DNA of 64,000 nucleotides from Synechococcus sp. (GTDB lineage Bacteria; Cyanobacteriota; Cyanobacteriia; Thermostichales; PCC-7336), in NCBI GenBank assembly GCA_051439605.1, contig JBFRWN010000082.1:28100-92099 (forward strand). Direction: 5' to 3'. The translations under genes were made by a program, and so were the position numbers. Shown here one piece after another: positions 20,926-30,760 of the stretch (position 1 is the first letter of the stretch; each line of letters starts with the position of its first letter). Below the pieces are notes generated by a model that was not told where the DNA came from, made no database searches, and saw only the letters and a list, made by a program, of their open reading frames with translations.

Positions 20926-22476
20926 TCAATGCAGGAAATGGCGAATTCCGGTACAAACCATGGGAATACCTGCCGCATTTGCTGCATCCACTGACTCGCT
21001 ATCCCGAATACTGCCACCCGGCTGTATCACCGCCGCAATTCCCGCCGCCGCCGCATTGGTAACGCTATCCCCAAAAGGAAAGAACCCATCGCTAGCCAAC
21101 ACAGCCCCCTGTACGGCATCCCCCGCCTGCTCCAAAGCAATCTTGGCAGCACCAACTCGGTTCATTTGGCCAGCCCCAATGCCCAACGTTCGTCCATCCT
21201 TTGCCACCACGATCGCATTCGACTTGACGAACTTGCAGACCTTCCAAGCAAACGTGAGGTCGCGCAGTTGTTCGTCACTCGGCTGCGTTTTCGTCACCAC
21301 TGTCCAGCTGTCTGGGTCAGCTGGTTGCGAGTCCGCATCTTGGACTAGATAGCCGCCCGCGATCGCCCTCACTGTCTTCGCAGGACCACTAACCAAATCG
21401 GGCAGCACCAATACCCGCAAATTCTTTTTGCCTTGCAGGATCTTCGCAGCATCTTCATCGCAGCCAGGAGCCACCACGCATTCCAAGAAAATCTCCGTCA
21501 GCGCCTTTGCGGTCGGAGCATCAATGGGGCGATTCATGGCGACAATGCCGCCAAAAGCTGACACCGGATCGCCTGCCAGCGCTGCTCTGTAGGCTTCCTC
21601 TAGGCTGTCATCCAGTGCCATGCCGCAAGGATTGGTGTGTTTCAAAATTGCCACGCAAGCCTGCGGCTCGTTCGCGAACTCAGCGGCGATCGCTCTGGCT
21701 GCTTCTAGGTCCACCAAGTTGTTGTAGCTCAGATCCTTACCCTGCAATTTTTCAGCCCCCTGCCACCCGACAGGATTGCGGGTATCGCGGTACCATACCG
21801 CCTGTTGCTGGGGGTTCTCGCCATAGCGCAGTGTTTGTTGGGGGACCCCCTGAATCAGGAGGGGGGCATCCCGAAGTTCGGAGTCGCCCACTGTTTGACC
21901 AGCTAGATAGGTGGAAATAGCGAAATCGTAGCTGAGGACGCGATCGAAGGCAGCACGGGAGCATTGGAAGCGGAAAGACTCGCTGGCGCTACCGTTGGCG
22001 GCAATCTCTTCCAGATAGCTGCCGTACTGTTCGGGACTGGTCAGGATGGTGACGTGAGCGAAATTTTTTGCAGCTGCGCGCACCAAGGTGGGGCCGCCAA
22101 TATCGATCTGTTCGATCGCCTGCGCCAGGGTTGCCCCCTCCCTCGCCACCGTGGCTTCAAACGGATAGAGGTTGCAGGCCACGACTTCAATGGGGGGAAT
22201 ATTTTCTGCTTCTAGATCGGCGCGATCGGTCTCTAAAGAGGGGCGACCCAAGATGCCGCCGTGGACGCGGGGGTGCAGGGTTTTGACGCGACCCCCTAAA
22301 ATTTCGGGGGCACCGGTGTGGGCAGAAACTTTGGTTACGGGGATACCGGCATCCAGTAAAGTCTTGGCGGTGCCACCACTACTAATGATGTCGAATCCGT
22401 GGGTTTCAACCAGCGCTTTTGCCAATTCGACAATACCAGTTTTATCGGAAACGCTAAGGAGTGCTAGCCGTGCCAT
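20926..22476 (-). CDS. purH: Bifunctional AICAR transformylase / IMP cyclohydrolase
   Basis: LSVSDKTG, GRVKTLHP, IDIGGP, LRYGENP, KHTNPCG and ASDGFFPF motifs. Confidence 0.98.
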   Translation of the reverse strand: MARLALLSVSDKTGIVELAKALVETHGFDIISSGGTAKTLLDAGIPVTKVSAHTGAPEILGGRVKTLHPRVHGGILGRPSLETDRADLEAENIPPIEVVACNLYPFEATVAREGATLAQAIEQIDIGGPTLVRAAAKNFAHVTILTSPEQYGSYLEEIAANGSASESFRFQCSRAAFDRVLSYDFAISTYLAGQTVGDSELRDAPLLIQGVPQQTLRYGENPQQQAVWYRDTRNPVGWQGAEKLQGKDLSYNNLVDLEAARAIAAEFANEPQACVAILKHTNPCGMALDDSLEEAYRAALAGDPVSAFGGIVAMNRPIDAPTAKALTEIFLECVVAPGCDEDAAKILQGKKNLRVLVLPDLVSGPAKTVRAIAGGYLVQDADSQPADPDSWTVVTKTQPSDEQLRDLTFAWKVCKFVKSNAIVVAKDGRTLGIGAGQMNRVGAAKIALEQAGDAVQGAVLASDGFFPFGDSVTNAAAAGIAAVIQPGGSIRDSESVDAANAAGIPMVCTGIRHFLH

Positions 22477-22789
22477 GACGCCAGTAACCAGTGAGGGTGT
22501 AAAAGTGCCCTGCTATTGTGCGCCACGATTGGTCCGACCACAAGCATGGCCTCCTCACAAGCCAAAGTCTTTGTTTAGAGCCCTCAGCAATATTTTCCTG
22601 GCAAGTAGCCTGGGAATTCCCTATGGCTTTTTAAGTTAAAACTCATGTCCGATCTGGAAGAGACTTCTAGGATGTTGAACAAAGCCGTTCCCTAGTTTGT
22701 ACAGCAATAAGCTGCAAAACTGTTGTGATATCGCTGCTGGGGAAATCTTGGGACAGCCTGCATCAGCGGGCGATAAGTTTAAATGGCAA

Positions 22790-22846
22790 TTCAACAAGGT
22801 CTACTTCAACACCAGCTGATTTCAACACCAGCTGATTTCAACAAGG
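22790..22846. repeat. Short tandem repeat array: TTCAACA x4, including an exact 16-bp duplication
   Basis: TTCAACA at 22790, 22805, 22821 and 22837; TTCAACACCAGCTGAT repeated exactly twice. Confidence 0.9.
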
Positions 22847-22856
22847 ATGGTGAATT

Positions 22857-24314
22857 GTGGCAATTGACTACGACATTGTGATTATCGGTGGGGGGTCCGG
22901 TGGCTTAGTGGTTGCCAGCGCTGCTGCTCAACTCAAGGCCAAAGTTGCTCTAGTAGAAAAAGAGCGCGATCGTCTGGGGGGAGACTGTCTCTACTACGGC
23001 TGCGTCCCCAGTAAGTCCCTGATTCACGCGGGCGAAGTGGCCCATGCTGTCAAGACAGGGGATTTAGTCGGCGTCAACAGCAGCGAGCCCCACATCGAAT
23101 TTGCCCGTGCCACTGGTCACGTCCAAAGCGTGATTAAAACCATCGCCGTGCACGACTCCACTGAACGGTTTGAGAGCTTGGGGGTGGAGGTGATTTACGG
23201 CAGCGGAAAGTTTAAAGATCGAGACACCTTTGTCGTCAACGGCCACGAACTTAAATCCCGCACCTTTGTTATCTCTACTGGTTCTCACCCTGTAGCGCCT
23301 CCTGTTCCTGGTTTAGAGGAAGCTGGCTACCTAACTAACATCGAAGTGTTCTCGTTGGTCAACCGCCCTAAGTCTCTAGTGGTGGTTGGAGCTGGTCCCA
23401 TCGGGTGTGAGCTGGGGCAATCCTTTGCCAGATTGGGTTCCGAGGTGACTATCCTCTCCAGCCGCGACGTCATTATGCCAAAGGAAGACGTTGAGCTTGC
23501 CCAAGTGGTGCAAGATCGGATGGCGAAGGAAGGTATCAAAATCCTGAATCGCGCTCGCTTAGAAAAAGTAGAAGTCCACAACGGCAAAAAGATTGTTTAT
23601 GCCGGTGGTCACCGCATTGAAACAGACGAAATTTTAGTTTCAGCCGGCCGCAAGCCTAATGTAAACGGGTTGAATCTGAACGCGGCTGGTGTTCAGGTCG
23701 GTAAACAAGGGGTCGTAGTTAACGACCAACTACAAACCACCAACCCGAAGATCTATGCCTGCGGCGACGTGATTGGAGGCTATCTGTTCACCCACATGGC
23801 TGCCTACGAAGCCAGCGTCGTGATAACGAATATTCTGGCCCGCCCCTTCAGCCTCTTTTTGTCCCTCAAAGCTTTTAAAGCGACCTACTCTGTCGTGCCT
23901 TGGGCAACCTTCACCGATCCCGAACTGGCTCGGGTAGGGATGACTGAAGCGGAGGCCCGCCAGAAATATGGAGATGAGATCGTCGTAGTCACCCACCAAT
24001 ATGCGGATGTCGATCGCGCTTTAGCAGAGGGGGCTGGCTACGGCTTTGCCAAAGTGATTTGCACCCCTAAAGGCAAGATTTTAGGTGCCCATATTGTGGG
24101 TAAATCTGCTGGAGAATTGATTCACGAATACGTCATGGCAGTTACCTACGGTTTAGACATTAACAAGGTGAGCGGGATGATTCACGTCTATCCCACTCTG
24201 TCGGAAATCAACGCCAAAGTTGCCCTGCAAGTGAAGAAGATGAGCTACGCCAAAAATACCGGCCTGCAGAACTTCTTAAAGAAATACTTTGCCTTTCGCC
24301 GCTCCATCGCCTAA
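22857..24314 (+). CDS. Pyridine nucleotide-disulfide oxidoreductase (LpdA/MerA-like family)
   Basis: GGGSGG FAD motif, GGDCLYYGCVPSK redox pair, GAGPIG and YACGD; no MerA C-terminal Cys-Cys. Confidence 0.9.
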   Translation: MAIDYDIVIIGGGSGGLVVASAAAQLKAKVALVEKERDRLGGDCLYYGCVPSKSLIHAGEVAHAVKTGDLVGVNSSEPHIEFARATGHVQSVIKTIAVHDSTERFESLGVEVIYGSGKFKDRDTFVVNGHELKSRTFVISTGSHPVAPPVPGLEEAGYLTNIEVFSLVNRPKSLVVVGAGPIGCELGQSFARLGSEVTILSSRDVIMPKEDVELAQVVQDRMAKEGIKILNRARLEKVEVHNGKKIVYAGGHRIETDEILVSAGRKPNVNGLNLNAAGVQVGKQGVVVNDQLQTTNPKIYACGDVIGGYLFTHMAAYEASVVITNILARPFSLFLSLKAFKATYSVVPWATFTDPELARVGMTEAEARQKYGDEIVVVTHQYADVDRALAEGAGYGFAKVICTPKGKILGAHIVGKSAGELIHEYVMAVTYGLDINKVSGMIHVYPTLSEINAKVALQVKKMSYAKNTGLQNFLKKYFAFRRSIA

Positions 24315-24358
24315 ATCGAGCAATCTAGATCGGACAATCATTTTGCAAGTATCGGGTA

Positions 24359-25279
24359 TTGGAAGTTTTGATTCACTCGGAATTGGGGGATCGTATTACG
24401 CAATCGGTGGCGATCGGCATCATGGGGGGCAGCGGTCTTTACCAAATGGCGGAGTTGAAAGACGCGGAAGAGGTCTCCATCTCTACTCCCTTCGGAGACC
24501 CGTCAGACAGCTTTCGTATCGGCAGCCTCAATGGTGTAAGGGTGGCGTTTCTCGCTCGACACGGCCGTACCCACAGCCTCTTACCCACCGAAATCCCCTT
24601 TCGGGCCAATATCTACGCCCTCAAAACCTTGGGCGTGAAGTACTTGGTGTCTGCCTCCGCTGTAGGCTCTCTCCAGGCAGAAGTCGCACCGCTGGATATG
24701 GCGATCCCCGACCAGTTCATCGATCGCACCCGCCATCGAGACGATACCTTTTTCGGGGACGGAATTGTGGGTCACATCAGCTTTGCAAATCCAGTGTGCA
24801 GCCAGCTCGCCGATGTCCTCGCTGCATCTGCCAAAGCCGCTGCTCCCGAAACCATCCGGGTGCATCGCGGAGGCACCTACGTTTGTATCGAAGGTCCAGC
24901 ATTTTCCACCTTGGCTGAATCGTTGCTGTATAAGAGCTGGAATGCAGATGTCATTGGTATGACGAATTTAACCGAGGCAAAGCTGGCCCGCGAGGCAGAA
25001 ATCGCCTACGCCACCCTGGCACTGGTAACCGACTACGACTGCTGGCAAACCGATCGGGAAGCCGTTTCTGTCGAGATGGTGATTGACAATTTGCACAAGA
25101 ACGCGGCTCACGCTCAAACAGTGCTGCGGGAGGTGGTGCAGCGGTTGGGAGATAACCCCTTTGTGTCCGAGGCTCACGATGCACTTAAATTTTCGATTTT
25201 GACAGATTTATCAACGGTCAATGCGGAGCATCTGGCCAGGTTAGATGCCATTTTGGGGAAGTATTCGCCTGCAGCATAG
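24359..25279 (+). CDS. mtnP: S-methyl-5'-thioadenosine phosphorylase (start uncertain)
   Basis: [36 protein letters not shown] and TDYDCW motifs. Confidence 0.95.
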   Translation: MEVLIHSELGDRITQSVAIGIMGGSGLYQMAELKDAEEVSISTPFGDPSDSFRIGSLNGVRVAFLARHGRTHSLLPTEIPFRANIYALKTLGVKYLVSASAVGSLQAEVAPLDMAIPDQFIDRTRHRDDTFFGDGIVGHISFANPVCSQLADVLAASAKAAAPETIRVHRGGTYVCIEGPAFSTLAESLLYKSWNADVIGMTNLTEAKLAREAEIAYATLALVTDYDCWQTDREAVSVEMVIDNLHKNAAHAQTVLREVVQRLGDNPFVSEAHDALKFSILTDLSTVNAEHLARLDAILGKYSPAA

Positions 25280-25398
25280 ATTCGATCTGGAGATCGATGG
25301 ACTTGTCATGCCTCCCAAAAATTCAAACAAAAAAACTGCAGCTAAGTTGGCTCTACTGCAGTTCGTTCCTTCAATTGAGGTGGAGCAAATGGAATTGC

Positions 25399-26517
25399 TT
25401 AGCGCACAAGATTTTCCTTGCCAGACATTAATTTGGCGCTAATCACCTTGTCCTGCAGAGTAATGCTGCGCAAATCTTCAACTCCTTCGGTTACGTAACC
25501 GAACGTTGCAAAGTTACCATCCAGCAGATTCAAGCCTGCCGGAGTCAGCTCCGGCTCGGCCAAAAAGATGAAGAACTGAGAAGAGGCACTGTTTACGTCA
25601 CCCTCGTAGGTGGCCAATGCCAGAGTGCCTTCTGCGTAGAACGGAATCATAGGTTCGGCCCCCACAACCCCCATATCGTCAAAGGTCATCTCGTAGAACG
25701 GCTCTTCTTCTCCACGGGCACGAATCTCTAGAGGGATAATGCGCTTCTCGCCGGTAGCGGGATCGACATAGCCATCGGATTCACCGGGGGGATTCCCCAA
25801 CTGCACCAGGAAAAAGTCCTCAACGCGATCGAAGCTCAACCCGTCGTAAAAGCCTTTATCCACCAAGTCCGCAATATTACCAGCGGAAAGGGGAGCGTTA
25901 TACCCATCTAATGTCATCAGAAAGCGGCCAGCGGTGGTATTGAATTCTACGTCTGCCCGACCCAACAGTCTGGGCAAACCGTCGTATTCGCTGGGAATTT
26001 CGAACGGGAATCCGCTGACAAAGTCTTCTTCAAACGAAGTCAGACGGGCGATCGCCGCTGCCGCTTTCTCTTTCGACAGGTCACGATTGTCAGCATCGAG
26101 GGCTTCTTCCAAGGACTCAATTGACTGATGTAAGGCTTCTAAATCCGCTTTTGCTTCCGCCAACTGCCCCTCTGGTACAGCCTCAAGAATACGCGCTTCC
26201 TGACGATCGAGGCGGCGGTTAGCCTTACTGGAATGACCCTTCGCACTCTTAAGGCTGCGGACTTTATTAATATCTTCTTGCGCCTCCGAAAGTTCGTCAT
26301 CTGCGTAGCGCACATCAAGTTGCTCGAAGGGCAACCCCATGCGCAGCAAACGCGAACCGTCGGAGATCGCGTTGCCCTGCGGCAAAGCCTGGGCTGGAAG
26401 CGACTGTCCCCCCAGGATAGAAACCCCAACGATCATAACCGCGACCAAGCCGGTCACGATATAATTTTTGATCTCAGAGATCCAGCGGGATCGGATAAGA
26501 TTGCGAGCGCCCATCAT
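25399..26517 (-). CDS. Cyclophilin-type PPIase, CYP38/TLP40-like thylakoid lumen protein
   Basis: ALPQGNAISDG..LLR helical domain followed by LPRLLGRA, DGYNAPLSAGN, IPLEI and SQFF...GLNLLDG motifs. Confidence 0.9.
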   Translation of the reverse strand: MMGARNLIRSRWISEIKNYIVTGLVAVMIVGVSILGGQSLPAQALPQGNAISDGSRLLRMGLPFEQLDVRYADDELSEAQEDINKVRSLKSAKGHSSKANRRLDRQEARILEAVPEGQLAEAKADLEALHQSIESLEEALDADNRDLSKEKAAAAIARLTSFEEDFVSGFPFEIPSEYDGLPRLLGRADVEFNTTAGRFLMTLDGYNAPLSAGNIADLVDKGFYDGLSFDRVEDFFLVQLGNPPGESDGYVDPATGEKRIIPLEIRARGEEEPFYEMTFDDMGVVGAEPMIPFYAEGTLALATYEGDVNSASSQFFIFLAEPELTPAGLNLLDGNFATFGYVTEGVEDLRSITLQDKVISAKLMSGKENLVR

Positions 26518-26770
26518 AACTGATTTAAAAATTGCCAGCCGTTGCGGCTGTCTACATTCTTTAGAGTAACCCGACCCGCGAACTGGCAATTTACTCTTTT
26601 GCCAAAGACAGTTATAGCTGTCGCCATTTCAGTCAAATCCGACAACGTTACGCCTAGTCAGGACTTTGGATAGCTGAAATGTCCTAAGCGACTTGACGGT
26701 TGCCATACAGATCGGAAGAAAGGCGGAAGACTAGTGTAAATTGTGGGTGGTTTGACCTCTGCTGGCCCCT

Positions 26771-27955
26771 ATGAAACCTATTATCCTGCTCGGCTCCACC
26801 GGTTCAATTGGCACTCAAACGTTGGACTTGGTGGCCCAAAATCCCGAACGTTTTCGGGTGGTTGGCCTGAGTGCCCATAACAATATCGATTTGTTAGCAG
26901 AGCAGGTACGGCAGTTTAAACCGGAGATTGTCGCCACCTCCAATTCCAACAAATTCAACGAACTCAAAGCGGTCCTGTCTGGCTGCGAGCCTGCCCCCAA
27001 AGTTGTTGCAGGGAACGAAGGTGTCTGCGAAGTAGCGGCCTACGGAGACGCAGAGCTGGTGGTCACCGGTATCGTGGGCTGTGCCGGGTTGCTGCCCACC
27101 CTGGCAGCGATTGGTGCAGGAAAAGATATTGCCTTAGCGAATAAAGAGACATTGGTGGCCGGCGGTCCCGTCGTACTGCCCGAGGTTAAAAAGCACGGTA
27201 CCAAGCTGATCCCAGTTGACTCAGAACATTCTGCCATCTTTCAATGCCTGCAGGGGGTGCCGGAAGGGGGACTACGTCGCATTATTCTGACGGCCTCTGG
27301 GGGGGCTTTCCGAGATTTACCGATCGAGCAGTTGGCCTCTGTGAAACTGGCGGATGCCCTCAAACATCCCAATTGGGTCATGGGCCGAAAAATCACAATT
27401 GACTCAGCCACTTTAATGAACAAAGGGCTAGAAGTCATTGAAGCCCATTGGCTATTTGGCCAGCTGGACTACAACAACATCGACATCGTTGTCCATCCCC
27501 AAAGCATCATCCACTCGGCGATCGAGCTGCAGGACACCTCTATCATTGCCCAATTGGGTTGGCCCGATATGCACCTACCTATTCTGTATGGCATTAGCTG
27601 GCCCGATCGCATTTATACCAACTGGAAGCCCCTCGATCTGGTAGAAGTTGCCACCCTGACTTTCAAGGCCCCCGACCACCGTAAGTATCCCTGCATGCAG
27701 TTGGCCTACGCCGCCGGACGTACCGCTGGAACCATGCCGGCAGTCCTCAATGCAGCCAACGAAGCAGCGGTGGCTCTCTTCCTGGAAGAAAAAATTGGGT
27801 ATCTCGATATCGCTCGTCTGCTTGAAGCCACCTGTGCAAAACACGATGCGATCGCCGAGCCAACTCTAGACGACATCCTGCAGGTGGATGATTGGGCCAG
27901 GGTAACGGTGGAGGAGCAGGCAGCCCAGCTGGGCACAAAGGTTGTTGCCTGCTAA
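26771..27955 (+). CDS. dxr: 1-deoxy-D-xylulose 5-phosphate reductoisomerase
   Basis: [37 protein letters not shown] and NAANE motifs. Confidence 0.98.
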   Translation: MKPIILLGSTGSIGTQTLDLVAQNPERFRVVGLSAHNNIDLLAEQVRQFKPEIVATSNSNKFNELKAVLSGCEPAPKVVAGNEGVCEVAAYGDAELVVTGIVGCAGLLPTLAAIGAGKDIALANKETLVAGGPVVLPEVKKHGTKLIPVDSEHSAIFQCLQGVPEGGLRRIILTASGGAFRDLPIEQLASVKLADALKHPNWVMGRKITIDSATLMNKGLEVIEAHWLFGQLDYNNIDIVVHPQSIIHSAIELQDTSIIAQLGWPDMHLPILYGISWPDRIYTNWKPLDLVEVATLTFKAPDHRKYPCMQLAYAAGRTAGTMPAVLNAANEAAVALFLEEKIGYLDIARLLEATCAKHDAIAEPTLDDILQVDDWARVTVEEQAAQLGTKVVAC

Positions 27956-28101
27956 GACCTCTGAGGCTTGTCAATCCCATTTTTTTATTGGCTCAACAGG
28001 CTGTGCGATCGAGCAATTCAATAGGAATTTTTACGCAAAGGTGCCACTTCTAAATCGATCCCCTACAATGGTCGCAAAGGGGTATTAAGTATATATACGT
28101 T

Positions 28102-28389
28102 GTGGCTTCGAGCATGGAAACTTCCTATCGTTCTACTGATAACCTGTCGGATCGCGAGCTACAGGTAGTTGAGCTGATCGCCACAGGACTGACCAATCAA
28201 GACATTGCAAAACAGCTCGAAATCAGCAAGCGTACGGTTGACAACCACATCAGCAATATTTTGGAGAAGACCCGTACTGCCAATCGCGTAGCGCTTGTTC
28301 GATGGGCTTTGCAATGGGGCAAAGTTTGTTTGGATGATGTCAACTGCTGCTCGTTAGATCCGGGTGAAATGCAGTCCCAGTCTGCATAA
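28102..28389 (+). CDS. pedR: Small LuxR-type redox-responsive regulator PedR
   Basis: LSDRELQV...SKRTVDNHISNIL HTH plus the C-terminal RWALQWGKVCLDDVNCC triple-Cys signature. Confidence 0.88.
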   Translation: MASSMETSYRSTDNLSDRELQVVELIATGLTNQDIAKQLEISKRTVDNHISNILEKTRTANRVALVRWALQWGKVCLDDVNCCSLDPGEMQSQSA

Positions 28390-28635
28390 TCTGGATAACG
28401 CTTAAAGCTGACGGTAGTGCTGCCACTATCCAACACCCTTTGGTTCAATGTTAGAACACGTCCTCCCCAGACCAGTCACACCGCGATTGAGCAAAATTGG
28501 TTCCACAGCATACTGGTATCAAGAGTCAGCGTCATCGCCTCGCCCTCAAATGCTTGGATTTCAAGACTTGTCTACACCACTAAACCCCTTAGCTGACACT
28601 CTCGTTACTCAAGCTCAGCCGACGTTCATGGCAGC

Positions 28636-29487
28636 CTAAGCATGTGCTCGTTTGGTTTTCCACTCAAACCAGGCATCCGGGCTGATCTGGTTCATCAGCT
28701 GATCGATCGTAGAAAGCACGAATATGTTGTAATAGCCGCGCAGCTTCAAGACGACGGATTGAGGTGCCCACCTCAGCGATACGGCATAGCCAGGTTCGTT
28801 GTAAACCATATGGTGCCAGTATCCACTGGGCATAAATAGCGTTTCTCCTGGCTCGATCTCGACGCGATATCCTACAGCGTCTTTCAGCTTAGGATAGCGT
28901 TCGAAGTCAGGCTGGTGGACATCAATATAACTTCGGCAGGTGAACGGATATCGGTAGATGTTTCGGCCCTGGTCGAAGGGATATAACGTAATCGTCTTTC
29001 TACCGTAGAGAGCCGTATGGAAGACATGAGCCATATCAATATCAAAGTGCATTTGGGTGGCAGCGCCCTGGCACCCAAAAAACATAAAAACAAAATTCTT
29101 TGACACCCCATCAACTAATGGGGGTAGGGTAATGTCTTTAACAAGTTCTGGAATTTCTGTGCGAATGTTGTAAAGAAACATTCGCAAGTCTCGAGAGTTG
29201 TTTAGCACCTCATTAAGATAATCTTTGAAGGGAATTTTTTCCACATTCGACATATACCCTTTGCCAGCCTTCACAAAGCTAGAATCGTAAACCTTAACTA
29301 GCTTGTCGCCATAATTTGACTTGAAGAACTCAGGAGTCCACTTCCGTAAAGCCACCCATTCAGCAGCAATATCTTTGATAATGACTGGAAGTTTCGGGTT
29401 GAGATAATTGGCTTCAAACTCTGAACGAGTAATGGAATCAACCCGGGGGACTGGACAAAGATGAAGCTCAGACATAGTGCGCCGCAT
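28636..29487 (-). CDS. JmjC / cupin_8 Fe(II)-2OG oxygenase
   Basis: WVALRKWT, TQMHFD (HxD), GRKTITLY and PGETLFMPSGYWHHM (distal His). Confidence 0.88.
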   Translation of the reverse strand: MRRTMSELHLCPVPRVDSITRSEFEANYLNPKLPVIIKDIAAEWVALRKWTPEFFKSNYGDKLVKVYDSSFVKAGKGYMSNVEKIPFKDYLNEVLNNSRDLRMFLYNIRTEIPELVKDITLPPLVDGVSKNFVFMFFGCQGAATQMHFDIDMAHVFHTALYGRKTITLYPFDQGRNIYRYPFTCRSYIDVHQPDFERYPKLKDAVGYRVEIEPGETLFMPSGYWHHMVYNEPGYAVSLRWAPQSVVLKLRGYYNIFVLSTIDQLMNQISPDAWFEWKTKRAHA

Positions 29488-29497
29488 ATACAGTGGA

Positions 29498-30310
29498 CTA
29501 GACGCGAGAAAGAAATTCGCTGTAAGTATGGAGGATTTCCTCCCGTTCCCAATGAAGGAAATGACCAGCATTTCTGATCATCTTGTATTCACAGTTGGGG
29601 ATATGACTGGACGCTTCTTTTATATCGTCCTTGTCTAGAATGGGATCGTATTCTCCACTCACAATCAGCGTCGAAGCCTTAATTTTTCGCAGATCGATAT
29701 AGTTATCAATATCTTTTGTCTGGCTAACAAACTCGCAGTGCTCATAAAATGATTTATACTGTTCCCAACTCATTTTTTGAAACTGATTGATGATTTGGCT
29801 TTTATGAGATTCTGAAATATTCTGGCCAAAACGCTCAATCATCAAAAGTGCAATTTTTGACGTCTGATTATCTTTGAATAGCTGTTGCCCCTCGCGGATG
29901 ACGTCCAAGATGGCCTGTGTTGGCTTGGCCCCAAAGCTGCCGAGGATCATCTTATCTACACGGTCGGGATAGCGTGCGGCATAAGCGGCTCCAATAATGG
30001 TTCCCCATGAAGCCGCTGCGATGATGACCGCCTTATTTGGGCTGACCTTTGAAATTACGGCGTGCAAAACTTGAACTTGCTCGTCGAATGTTACTCCTTG
30101 AGAGCCTTCTAGAATGAGAGAACGCCCCTGCCCCGGCATATCAAATACAACAATGGAGTAATCCGCAACAAAATGGCTGATGAAAGAGCGCCACGAGGCC
30201 ATTGTCTGCTTTGCCCCGCTAATGCATATGATAATCTGCTCGGCATTTCCGTACATTCTGCAAGGTACAAGAAATCTGCCGAGCTCAATTTCAAACTTCG
30301 CCTTTTTCAT
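29498..30310 (-). CDS. Alpha/beta hydrolase, RhlA/PhaG-like acyltransferase
   Basis: SGAKQTMASW, VVFDMPGQGRS, AASWG nucleophile elbow, GEYD and GHFLHWE; collinear by eye with recalled Pseudomonas RhlA/PhaG motifs. Confidence 0.75.
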   Translation of the reverse strand: MKKAKFEIELGRFLVPCRMYGNAEQIIICISGAKQTMASWRSFISHFVADYSIVVFDMPGQGRSLILEGSQGVTFDEQVQVLHAVISKVSPNKAVIIAAASWGTIIGAAYAARYPDRVDKMILGSFGAKPTQAILDVIREGQQLFKDNQTSKIALLMIERFGQNISESHKSQIINQFQKMSWEQYKSFYEHCEFVSQTKDIDNYIDLRKIKASTLIVSGEYDPILDKDDIKEASSHIPNCEYKMIRNAGHFLHWEREEILHTYSEFLSRV

Positions 30311-30760
30311 GCTGCAGTCACCTTGAACAAACCTCTCATAAACTCCGTCTATTAATCCAGCAATATAAGCTGTAAACAACAACCCAAACTCTACATGGAT
30401 TTCCGGCTGTAAAATGCACGCTAGATTGGTGATGATTTGGTAAGAGTACTCAAAATGGCTTCCAAGCTCTTATTCAGCTTGGCATGATGAGTGCAACAGG
30501 AAGATGCAAACTCTACCAAATCCCCCGAGCTATGTTCAGTGTACGAAGACAACTTACCCTCTCATTAAGTTATTGATGCTACTAGGGCACAGATTTAAAA
30601 GAACTCCCGTATTACAGGAAGTCTTTTTGAGGCGGTTTGAGGAGTAATAGGCTAGCACGGAGCAAGAGCTCATTTGGATGGGTGATGGTACATCGTATAC
30701 GTAGCTGAACCGGAATCCGAGCTCGCTAACACCTTACAATAGAAGGCTAGCTAGAGAACT

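Noticed and set aside
22790..22846. Mini CRISPR array
   Set aside because: Units are 15-16 bp with no unique spacers, and there are no cas genes.
22857..24314. Calling the reductase merA or lpdA
   Set aside because: It lacks the MerA N-terminal HMA domain and C-terminal Cys-Cys, lacks the LpdA HPTxxE His, and has no mer or pdh context.
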